A model generated the notes under the pieces. That model saw nothing but the letters and a program-made list of their open reading frames with translations. It was not told the origin of the DNA and ran no database searches. From Candidatus Latescibacterota bacterium (GTDB lineage Bacteria > Latescibacterota > UBA2968 > GCA-2709665), in assembly GCA_965219995.1 (NCBI GenBank), contig CBDCOX010000002.1, positions 2,400,001-2,464,000 of the forward strand: 64,000 bases of DNA, read 5' to 3'. The translations under genes were made by a program, and so were the position numbers. How positions within the stretch are numbered: position 1 is the first letter of the stretch; the number at the start of each line of letters is the position of its first letter. Below are positions 40,293 to 48,819 of the stretch, piece by piece.

Positions 40293-41489
40293 TTACGCCG
40301 AGCGCAACCCCACGCCGCCCGGGTCCGCGGGTAGTTCGCCTGCCGCCCGATCCCCGTTCGGGCGAAAATCGGGAACCCGCATCAGCCGGCTCCCTTCCTG
40401 TATCGAGTCGATCGCCCGTACTGCCGCGGCGACCGTATCCATGGCCCTGTACACGTCGAATTCCAGGGGCTTCCCGTCGAGAACTGCATCGCGAAAGTGC
40501 ATATGCACATAGGAATCCGCGTCGCCGTGGCCGCTGCCGCGCGCCTCGGGAGCAGCGTCCGTGCGTTCGTAATGCCAGTCCACTTCCGACCAGTCGTTCA
40601 TCTGCGCGTCCGCGAACCAGACTTTCGGCATCTCGCTGCGCGACCGGCGCCACTCCAGGCTCCCCTTCGTGCCGATCAGCTGCCACCAGTGGTGGTCTCC
40701 GTGCGGGCGCGGCTGCGTATGGCCGTCCAGCATGCGAATCAGCGTATCCTTTTCGGTCTTCATCAGCGCCACCTGCACATCGGGCTTTCCAATCTGAGGA
40801 TGCGCGTAGCTCGGTCTCTTCGTGCTCATCGCCGTCACTTCGGTCACCCGGTCGTCCAGGATCTTCAGCAGGATGCTCAGATCGTACGAGGCGGCGATGA
40901 TGGGCGGCGTGTCGTGCGGAAACGTCGGACGGGCCTCGGGATGCTCGGGCAGTTCCTCGATCGAATATTGCCTGCCGGTTGTGTAGTCCTGAAAAAACTG
41001 ATGCGTACCGTAATACCCGACGTACTGGCCTTCGGCATACGTAATCTTGCCCAGGCGTCCATCGTCAACCAGGCGCTTCCATCCGTCCACGAACCCCCAG
41101 AACCGGGTCTGCTCCGCCAGGCTGTAGACCAGCCCCGTACGCTCCACGTTCGTCAGGATTCGCCAGCATTCCTCCATCCTGTACGCGCCGGGCACTTCGC
41201 TGTTTACGTGCTTGCCCGCTTCCAGCGCCTCCGCCGCCATCCGCCCCACCTCACGCTGCCGCACCACGAGACCCACCGCGTCCATCGGTTCATAAGCCAG
41301 GAACGCTTCGTAGTCGCTGAACGCGGCCACCTCGTCACGGTAGGAAATCCCGGCAAGGGCCCGATCCTGAAGCGGTTCGATCCAATCGTAGACCGCTGCG
41401 ATCCGGTAGCCGGGGATGTTCTGCAGCAGCCTGATCCAGTGCAGCCCCCGGTTTCCCAGGCCCGCGATCCCAATGCGAATTTCATCCAT
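40293..41489 (-). CDS. Gfo/Idh/MocA-family protein, GH109-like (EVP type), copy B
   Basis: GLGNRG, GKHVNSEVPGA, SGHGDADS; close paralogue of 33633-34853. Confidence 0.85.
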   Translation of the reverse strand: MDEIRIGIAGLGNRGLHWIRLLQNIPGYRIAAVYDWIEPLQDRALAGISYRDEVAAFSDYEAFLAYEPMDAVGLVVRQREVGRMAAEALEAGKHVNSEVPGAYRMEECWRILTNVERTGLVYSLAEQTRFWGFVDGWKRLVDDGRLGKITYAEGQYVGYYGTHQFFQDYTTGRQYSIEELPEHPEARPTFPHDTPPIIAASYDLSILLKILDDRVTEVTAMSTKRPSYAHPQIGKPDVQVALMKTEKDTLIRMLDGHTQPRPHGDHHWWQLIGTKGSLEWRRSRSEMPKVWFADAQMNDWSEVDWHYERTDAAPEARGSGHGDADSYVHMHFRDAVLDGKPLEFDVYRAMDTVAAAVRAIDSIQEGSRLMRVPDFRPNGDRAAGELPADPGGVGLRSA

Positions 41490-41519
41490 TTACGTTTCTC
41501 CGGAACCGGTTGGAAGGCA

Positions 41520-42230
41520 TCAGTCGAGTTGAAACCGGATGTAGATGTACATACGCACCTCAACCGCCTCGCGGTTCTGGTACCCGGGCAGATATCGAAA
41601 ACCGGAGAGGGCGTCCAGCGATGCCTGGTGAAACATCTCGTGCCCCTTGTGTACCACGCTATCCTTGACCCGGCCGTCCTTTCCCACTGTAAATTCCATC
41701 AGGACAACCCCCTCCAGGCCCGCCCGCCGCGCCGCTTCCGGATATTCCGGATCCACTTGTTCGAGGAGTTTGGGCTTTCGTTCCACGAACCGGGCGGGAT
41801 AGACCACTTCCCCATCCACTTCCTCCTCCGCAAGGGGACCCGAGACAAGCGAGTCCGGGGGCGTGGAGATGCGGATGGACACCGCGTCGAAGTCGAGTTG
41901 GCCGCCGGCGGAAACGGTGATCTCTTCGGGCAGCAGGTCGCGGCTATCCGCTTCGAGGGGTACCGCCGGCCGCACAAGCGGCGGCAGCCTTATGCCCTGC
42001 CTGGTTTCCGGTACCTCTGTCACCTGGATGAGAATCGGATGTTTCGCGGAGGCCGGCGCGCTGAGTCTGAAGGCCGGGAAAGTAAAGGCAACGGCGGCGT
42101 GGAGGACGAGCGATATCCCGACGCACAGGGGGAAGACCTTCCGATACTGCGCCTTCAAGTCCGCTTCGGGACGTCTGGTTCGGATGATGTTTCCGGTGAT
42201 CCAGGGTCTGGGAGGCAGCTGCTGCGGCAT
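41520..42230 (-). CDS. tonB: Energy transducer TonB
   Basis: Single TM with SxxxH (ISLVLH), Pro-rich linker, PEYPEAARRAGLEGVVLMEFTVGKDGRV C-terminal domain. Confidence 0.9.
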   Translation of the reverse strand: MPQQLPPRPWITGNIIRTRRPEADLKAQYRKVFPLCVGISLVLHAAVAFTFPAFRLSAPASAKHPILIQVTEVPETRQGIRLPPLVRPAVPLEADSRDLLPEEITVSAGGQLDFDAVSIRISTPPDSLVSGPLAEEEVDGEVVYPARFVERKPKLLEQVDPEYPEAARRAGLEGVVLMEFTVGKDGRVKDSVVHKGHEMFHQASLDALSGFRYLPGYQNREAVEVRMYIYIRFQLD

Positions 42231-42385
42231 TGTACCCTCCACGTTGCCTGCACGGCCGGCCCACATGCGTTCAACGCGCGTTTACAGGGTACAGCAATCC
42301 ATCGGAAATTCGCAGGCGATAACCCGGAGGAATCCGGTTCACGCAGCTTCGGACGTGCGTCCCGATGCCCGCGCCATCGCCCTGA

Positions 42386-45154
42386 CTAATGCGTCGCTTC
42401 CCTCACCCAGAAGAGGCCTTCCTTCGTCGCCTGCTGCCCGCTGTTCATGTCCTTTACGGTCATCCGGACCCTGCGGCGCCCCGCGGCGGCCTCTCCGATG
42501 TCCAGCGCCACGTAATCCGCAACCGACGCGTCGGTTCCTGTCTGAACGTAACGAACGGTCACGGCCGACTCGGACCGTCCCAGGACCCTCGTCCTCAGGC
42601 GTGAGAGGCTGGTGCCGCTCTCGTCCGTGCTATAGACCTCGTAAGTCACCTCGTAGCGCGTCGCCCCGAATTCGTCCTGCTTTAGATTGTAGATTTCGAA
42701 AAAGACGAACACGTGCTGGCCCGCATTGAAAACATGCGAAGGCAGCGGCGTGATACTCCATCTCCCGCGGACGAACTTCGGGTCGGACCCGGGCATCGCG
42801 GCGGTCACCTGCCGCGCCACGAACAAATCGCTCAGCTTCAGCCCTTCCCCGGAGTAATCCTCCACGGAAAGCTTCTGGGAATACGCCTGCAGCCGTTTCG
42901 TGTTGTGGCGCTGCACCTGCACGGCCAATTCGTAGTCTCCCGGAAGAATATCCAGGAGATCCACGCGGTCCAGAAGGGCCCGGTCGCGGCGCCGGCCGGT
43001 GACCGGCACCTCAAGATCCTGCTGCATGGCCAACACCCTCGTGTACCTGCCGTCCAGCAGCGCCACGCGCCGGTTCACCATCACGTTTTCGTCCGTATCC
43101 CCGGGAAGCGCAACGTGCTCGATGGGAATGCCCACGTTGACCTGGATTTCCGTACCGGCGTTGTCCCCCCGGAAAGTGACCACGTCGTAGCTGAAGTCGA
43201 GCGATTCGAAACCCGCCACGCTGAAGTACTCGGGCTCTTCCCGCGCCACGGACGCGACACGGGTTGAAGGCGCCAGTTCCGTGAGCCGCTGCATGAGCCG
43301 CAGATAGGCCATCTGACCCACGTGCGGGTCCTCGTCGAGGTTCTTGAGGTCCTGGCTGCTCACGCCCGGCACAGGCGCGTAGTCGTATACGCCGGAGTTC
43401 TGTTCATCCGTGAACGCGACTTCCAGGCCCTTTCCCACGCCGGCATACACCCAGACCTCCCACGGTACCGACGCCCAGTTGTGCCCCGTTGTGACCGGCT
43501 TCCACCCGCTCAGGCCGATGGCGAATTCCGGATCGAGATCGATGCCGGCCTGTATGGGGGATTCTTCGAGGTCCACCAGTTCCTGCGGCGCCGCCGGGTT
43601 GCCCGCGGCGCCCGGGTCGGCCTGGTCCGGCGCAAATACAGCCAGGTCGAGTTCCTCGATTACGGCCGTCTGGAGGTCGCGCCGGATGTCTTCGCTGGGC
43701 TCCAGAAAGGAGCCGAGATCCGTACGTACCGGAAAAACGGGTCCCACAAAACTAATGCCGAGTCCCTGTGCGCCGTACAGCTGGTAGGCCATATTGTCCT
43801 GCACGCGTTCGACCGCGGGAGGCACTTTCGGATTCGGCTGGATTGAGGAGGAGCGGTAGTCCGGATCCCCGTATCTGATATACACTTCTCCGCGGCGGTC
43901 CCACGGCCACTTCAACGTGCCATACGTCGTACGGGCGAACCACACCCGCCGGTGGTGTTCGGCACGGCGCATCGCGCCCCTCGAGGCCTTGAACGGGTCG
44001 TGGCGAAGCCAGAAGCGCTGGAGAAACGCGGCCCGCTTTTCGGGGGGGGTGTTGCGATAGGCTTCGATTTCACGCGGCAGCCCCACCAGCGATATGTCCC
44101 GGTAAAGCGCCTGCTCTTCCGGATCCAGGCTCTCGATGTAGATCTTGAACGCACGGAGGGCGCCTTCGTAATTCCCCCGCGCCATCAGCGCCTGCGCGAG
44201 AAGCGGCAGTGCGAGGTCGTCGGTCATCAGAGACGTAAGGGTTTCGACTTCCTCGAATTTCTCTTCTTCGAGCAACTCGTTTGCAAATGCCAGCGCATCC
44301 GTCTGATCCGCCGGCTTCAGTTCCAGGTATTTTTCAAAATACACCATTGCGCTCTGAAGGTCGCGATCCTCACGGTGGGCCCGGGCCAGCAGCAGGTGAG
44401 CCGGGCCATACCGCGGATCGAACTCAAGCGCGCGGTCCGCGGCCCGCCTCGCTCCGGGACGCCCGGTTTCCTGGTAGACACGCGCAAGCAGATAGTGCGT
44501 TTCGGCACGGGTCGAATCGGCGCGCAGCGCGGCTTCGAGATGCGGCAGCGCCCGCTCGGGATCTCCCTCCAGTTCGAGGGTGAGCCTGCCCAGGCCGTGA
44601 TGCGCAGCGGCCTGCTCCGGGTCGAATCCGAGCGCGCGTTCAAACGCCGCACGCGCACTGTCCGGGGCGCCGGCCTTCAGACGCTGGCGACCGACCTGAG
44701 CAAGCGCCCGCGCAAGATACGTGTGCGTCCAGGCATACGTGGAATCGGCGCGCAGTGCGGCTTCCAGATGGGGCAACGCCCTCCCGGGGTCTCCTTCCAG
44801 CTCGAGGGCCACCCTCCCCAGGCCGCAATGCGCCGTGGCCAGCATCGGGTCGAATCCGACCGCACGCTCGAACGCCGAGCAGGCGTCGCGGGCCCTCCCC
44901 ACCCGCAGGTAGAGCATACCGACGCGGTTCAGGATGAGTCCCGCGTGGTCCGGATGGTCGACAAGCGCCCGCTCCAGCGACCGCGCCGCCTTCACCACCG
45001 CCGGCACGTCGCGGGCCTTGATTCCACGCGCGTACACGGCATCCAGTTCCGATAACGGTTTTCCGGCAGCCGACGCGTTACACGGCCAGAGCGCGGCGAC
45101 GATCAGCGCACAACCCAGCATTGCGCGCAAACGCAATCTCCGGCAAACCTCCAT
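42386..45154 (-). CDS. Secreted TPR-repeat plus GWxTD-domain protein
   Basis: Signal peptide, multiple TPRs, FLQRFWLRHDP...EHHRRVWFA...PWDRRGEVYIRYGDPD (GWxTD-family core), WEVWVY, C-terminal beta domains. Confidence 0.85.
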   Translation of the reverse strand: MEVCRRLRLRAMLGCALIVAALWPCNASAAGKPLSELDAVYARGIKARDVPAVVKAARSLERALVDHPDHAGLILNRVGMLYLRVGRARDACSAFERAVGFDPMLATAHCGLGRVALELEGDPGRALPHLEAALRADSTYAWTHTYLARALAQVGRQRLKAGAPDSARAAFERALGFDPEQAAAHHGLGRLTLELEGDPERALPHLEAALRADSTRAETHYLLARVYQETGRPGARRAADRALEFDPRYGPAHLLLARAHREDRDLQSAMVYFEKYLELKPADQTDALAFANELLEEEKFEEVETLTSLMTDDLALPLLAQALMARGNYEGALRAFKIYIESLDPEEQALYRDISLVGLPREIEAYRNTPPEKRAAFLQRFWLRHDPFKASRGAMRRAEHHRRVWFARTTYGTLKWPWDRRGEVYIRYGDPDYRSSSIQPNPKVPPAVERVQDNMAYQLYGAQGLGISFVGPVFPVRTDLGSFLEPSEDIRRDLQTAVIEELDLAVFAPDQADPGAAGNPAAPQELVDLEESPIQAGIDLDPEFAIGLSGWKPVTTGHNWASVPWEVWVYAGVGKGLEVAFTDEQNSGVYDYAPVPGVSSQDLKNLDEDPHVGQMAYLRLMQRLTELAPSTRVASVAREEPEYFSVAGFESLDFSYDVVTFRGDNAGTEIQVNVGIPIEHVALPGDTDENVMVNRRVALLDGRYTRVLAMQQDLEVPVTGRRRDRALLDRVDLLDILPGDYELAVQVQRHNTKRLQAYSQKLSVEDYSGEGLKLSDLFVARQVTAAMPGSDPKFVRGRWSITPLPSHVFNAGQHVFVFFEIYNLKQDEFGATRYEVTYEVYSTDESGTSLSRLRTRVLGRSESAVTVRYVQTGTDASVADYVALDIGEAAAGRRRVRMTVKDMNSGQQATKEGLFWVREATH

Positions 45155-45244
45155 ATGCCGCTACCTCTTCGTAAACAGATAGGCGGCCCTGTCGCGTTAC
45201 CCAAAGCCGCCTAGCGGGTTTACTCGAATTGCGTTTGTTCGCGA

Positions 45245-46219
45245 TCAGAACGATCCGGTCACGGAGAACCGCAGGGTCGCGCCGTTGTCGGGAAAATTGT
45301 CGAACTTCACGTAGGCGAAATCCGCCTGCACGTGATGGATGCCGCGCTGCAGCCGGACGCCCGCCCCGGCGGTAAAGTCCTGCACGTCGTAGCCAAGCTT
45401 ATAGCCGGCCCTGAGTGCGACCATATTCCTCAGCCAGAGTTCCGCGCCCGCGTGCATCCGCCGCTCGACGCTGACGCTGTAAAGCGCCTCGAGCGCCCCG
45501 GTCAGCGAGACGTCTTCTCCCCGCTCCCCGTAGACCTCCGCCGCGGTCGCCATGCTGAAGAAGACGGGCATCTTGCCCTTGATGGCTTCGTCGGTGAGGA
45601 GTACGAGGTCCTTCCCGAAGTTGCGCAACGACATGCCGATACGCAGGCTCCGGAATCCCGTATGGTAGAACGTGCCGACCGCCAGGTCGAAGACGCGGTA
45701 GTCGTAACCCCTGTCCAATTTTTCTTCGACGACGCGCGCCTGGAATCCTATGGAGAAGCGCTCCGTAAACTGCTTGGCATAGACCCCGCCCAGCGCCCAG
45801 CTTCCGGTGTCCAGGATTCGGCCCGTCCCCTCGGGATTGAAGATCGTGGTCTCCTCGATATCGCCGGTGTTGAACGCCACCAGACTGACCGCGAGAGCGC
45901 CGTAGTCCGTATTGACGCCGACCGCCGCGGAGTTCAACTGCGATTCCAGAAGCCACCTGGTGTTCGTGAACGCGAACTGCAGCCGGTTGCGCGTCATGGC
46001 CGTAAGCCCGGCGGGATTCCAGAACACGGAATTGATGTCGTCCGCCACGGCCACGTACGCGTCGCCCATCCCTGCGGCGCGCGCGCTCTGGGAAATTTCC
46101 AGGAAGGCTGCGTAGGTCTCGCCCACCGGCGTCTGGTTGGAGATGTCGGCGAACGCCGGGGCGCCCAGCAAGAGGACGCCGACAAGCGCGGCAGAGCCGA
46201 TCCGATAAATGCGCCTCAT
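45245..46219 (-). CDS. PorV/PorQ-family (UPF0164) outer-membrane beta-barrel
   Basis: FLEISQSARAAGMGDAYVAVADDINSVFWNPAGL signature; C-terminal Phe. Confidence 0.9.
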   Translation of the reverse strand: MRRIYRIGSAALVGVLLLGAPAFADISNQTPVGETYAAFLEISQSARAAGMGDAYVAVADDINSVFWNPAGLTAMTRNRLQFAFTNTRWLLESQLNSAAVGVNTDYGALAVSLVAFNTGDIEETTIFNPEGTGRILDTGSWALGGVYAKQFTERFSIGFQARVVEEKLDRGYDYRVFDLAVGTFYHTGFRSLRIGMSLRNFGKDLVLLTDEAIKGKMPVFFSMATAAEVYGERGEDVSLTGALEALYSVSVERRMHAGAELWLRNMVALRAGYKLGYDVQDFTAGAGVRLQRGIHHVQADFAYVKFDNFPDNGATLRFSVTGSF

Positions 46220-46229
46220 GGCGACCTCC

Positions 46230-48758
46230 TTAGCGAATGATGACCAGCTTGGCGCCCTTCACCTGTCCCTGGGATTCCGACAACAGGGACTCGACGGTGA
46301 CGAAGTACACGCCGAAGGTCAACTGGGTGATATGCGTTCTGTTGAACTGGAAGAAGGCTGCTTCGCCCTCTGTCTGCGAATCGTGGTCCACTTCGCCCAC
46401 CAGGTCGCCGGCTACGGAGAAGATCCTGATCTTGGCCTTCCTGGGTACGTTCAGGATCCGGATCTTGGTCGAGCCCTCGTAGGTGTGCGGCGCCTCGGGG
46501 ATGTAGGGGTTCGGCACGATGAGGATATCCTTTTCCAGGCGGTCCGCGCTGGCGGTGGGCACCTGCACGGGGCTGTCGGGCGCCGAACCCGTTGGGGGCA
46601 GATAGTAGGTGGAAACGTCGCCGATTCCGGACTCGTAGGCCCGGACCCCGCCCTCCACCGTGGCGCCCGTTACCCGGCTGACGAATCCGGTATTGGCGCT
46701 CCCCTGGTAGGAGCGTACGGCGTAGTAGTACTGGAATCCCGCGAGCGACTCCGTGTCTTCGTACGCGTACTCCGCCGAACCGTTCGCCGGTACGTCCTGA
46801 ATCATCTTCCAGAGACCGGGCTGGGTCTCGGACTGGTATACGCGGTAGCCCGCCACGTCGGATTGCCCGGTATCCGGGTTGTTCGACTTCTCCGGGTCGC
46901 CCTTCCAGGTAATCAGGTTGCGGGCGTTCTCGGAAGAGGACACCATCGCGTCCACGTCCGGAGGCTGGTTGGGCAGGTCGTAACCCAACGCGTAGGCCTC
47001 CTTGGCCTTATTGAGGTGGTTGAGGAGGTTTGCGAACGCGGCGCCGTTCTCTTCCTTCTTGAGTTCGCTGGTGTCTCCCGACTTCTGATAGGCCCGGAAG
47101 TTTTCCGTAACCGGCGCGGCCGCCACGTAGGCAAACACGAACTTCACCTTCTGGCCGGGCGCCAGGTCATAGGGGCCGTAGGTTTCCAACGGGGTGTAGC
47201 CCGCGGCGATGCCGTGCCTCCCCTCCCACTCCCAACTGGGGATGGGCATATACGGCATGGGGCCGACAGGGACGTCCGGAATCGGGAGCAACGGCACGCC
47301 CAGGTTGGGATTTCCCGAGCCCCTGCTGGGACGTTCCAGCAGCGGTTCGTTGAAATAGGACGGGTCCGGCGTGCTGACCAGCATCTGGTAGAGCGTCTCG
47401 TGGTTCATCTCGTTCGGGTTCGGTTCGTCCGTGAGCAACCCGACGGCGGCCGCCGCGCTGGACGGATATCGGTACAGAAAGTGAAAGAAGTTGTACGCGA
47501 ACGGCTGCTCCGCCACCTTCGGCGCCTCGTAGGTCTCCGGATCGCCCACGAATCCGTCCGTGGGGTCCACGTCTATAGGTGCCTTTCCGATCCATGCCGG
47601 CGACGTGATGTCCCCCACGCCGATAAGACTTGGGAACGTGCACTGCGCGCACCTGTGTTCGGAGCGATACGGATCGCCGACATCGTCCGCCAGCGGCCCG
47701 GTCAGGCAGAAGTTGTCCCAGTCGTACTGGTAGGTCAGCCGGAGGCCGCGTGCGGATGCCGGACCGTCGTAATTGGGCGCCTCCGTATACTTGATCTTGT
47801 CGTCCTGGGAATTGTCCAGGGGTCCGAAATTGCTGCTGCACCCGTCTCCCGTTCCGTAGTCGGAATAGTACGCCCTGTAACTGACCCGGGAGACGCCCGC
47901 GGATGACGGCAGGAACCGGTGATGGAAGGAAAAATAGACGTTCGTGAGATTGTGCCCGCCGCCGGCGAGGTCGGACGCGCGATCGCCGTCGGTATCCCCG
48001 GTGTTCTCGAACACCCACTCGGTGATCACGAAATCGTCGTATTCCGGGTGGTTCCACGCAAAGGCCGCCTTCTCACCCGTAATGCCCAGCCCGGTGGTCC
48101 ACTTGCTCAGAACGATGTCTTCAGGAAAATTGTCGGTGGAAACGTCGTTGTACTGGCCGATGCGGTAATTCAGGATTTCCCTGGGTTCCAGCGCATCCAG
48201 CTCCACCCCGGTGCCGGGCCACCAGTTGGCCATCGATCGCCCCGAATTGGGGCTGACCACGTCGCTGCCCAGCCCCGCGTACTTGCCCCTGAAGTCCACG
48301 CTGGGATCCACCGCCATCGCCACGACGTCTTCGCTTTCTTCCATCGCCGATATGAGGGGGTTGGCCCAGCTCACCGCGGCCTCGCCGTTCACTTTGGTGG
48401 CGATCCACCATCCGTGGCCGCGGCCGTTGTGCGACGTGAGATCCACGTGCATGCTCCCGGCGCTGCGCTGTTCCCCGTAGTAGGCGGAAAAATCGTTCGT
48501 TCCGCCGCCCCCCCAGCTGATCAGCGCGAACCCCGGATAGGCCAGATCCAGATAGAGGCCGGCATAGTTCCCTTCCACCGGCCGAGCCCCTTCGGCGCCC
48601 GTGCTGAGAAAGCTGTGCCAGAGGGTGCCGCGCGCGAGGTGCCGGGGCGTCAGGGATTCACCGGCCAGGTTGGAGATGGTCGCCCGCTGGGCCTCGGCCG
48701 GACGCCAGAACGCGCCTGCGATCAGGAGTGCGCCTGTAATGATGGTTATGCGTCTCAT
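46230..48758 (-). CDS. Secreted protein with Fn3-like module and type IX secretion-like C-terminal sorting domain
   Basis: Signal peptide; ITW...DVAGYRVY...YYYAVRSY; C-terminus VPNPY...IRIFSVAGDLV...GVYFV...KLVIIR. Confidence 0.8.
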   Translation of the reverse strand: MRRITIITGALLIAGAFWRPAEAQRATISNLAGESLTPRHLARGTLWHSFLSTGAEGARPVEGNYAGLYLDLAYPGFALISWGGGGTNDFSAYYGEQRSAGSMHVDLTSHNGRGHGWWIATKVNGEAAVSWANPLISAMEESEDVVAMAVDPSVDFRGKYAGLGSDVVSPNSGRSMANWWPGTGVELDALEPREILNYRIGQYNDVSTDNFPEDIVLSKWTTGLGITGEKAAFAWNHPEYDDFVITEWVFENTGDTDGDRASDLAGGGHNLTNVYFSFHHRFLPSSAGVSRVSYRAYYSDYGTGDGCSSNFGPLDNSQDDKIKYTEAPNYDGPASARGLRLTYQYDWDNFCLTGPLADDVGDPYRSEHRCAQCTFPSLIGVGDITSPAWIGKAPIDVDPTDGFVGDPETYEAPKVAEQPFAYNFFHFLYRYPSSAAAAVGLLTDEPNPNEMNHETLYQMLVSTPDPSYFNEPLLERPSRGSGNPNLGVPLLPIPDVPVGPMPYMPIPSWEWEGRHGIAAGYTPLETYGPYDLAPGQKVKFVFAYVAAAPVTENFRAYQKSGDTSELKKEENGAAFANLLNHLNKAKEAYALGYDLPNQPPDVDAMVSSSENARNLITWKGDPEKSNNPDTGQSDVAGYRVYQSETQPGLWKMIQDVPANGSAEYAYEDTESLAGFQYYYAVRSYQGSANTGFVSRVTGATVEGGVRAYESGIGDVSTYYLPPTGSAPDSPVQVPTASADRLEKDILIVPNPYIPEAPHTYEGSTKIRILNVPRKAKIRIFSVAGDLVGEVDHDSQTEGEAAFFQFNRTHITQLTFGVYFVTVESLLSESQGQVKGAKLVIIR

Positions 48759-48780
48759 TGATTTTCTCCCCGCCTGATTG

Positions 48781-48807
48781 CGCCGGGGCAGCCGCGCCGC
48801 CCCGGCG
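48781..48807. other. GC-rich intergenic stem-loop immediately downstream of the TBDR gene
   Basis: CGCCGGGGC / GCCCCGGCG inverted repeat with no U-tract. Confidence 0.5.
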
Positions 48808-48819
48808 TCAGATACATAC

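Noticed and set aside
47630-47660. CAQC motif in the T9SS-CTD protein as a heme site
   Set aside because: Followed by Thr rather than His; more likely a disulfide
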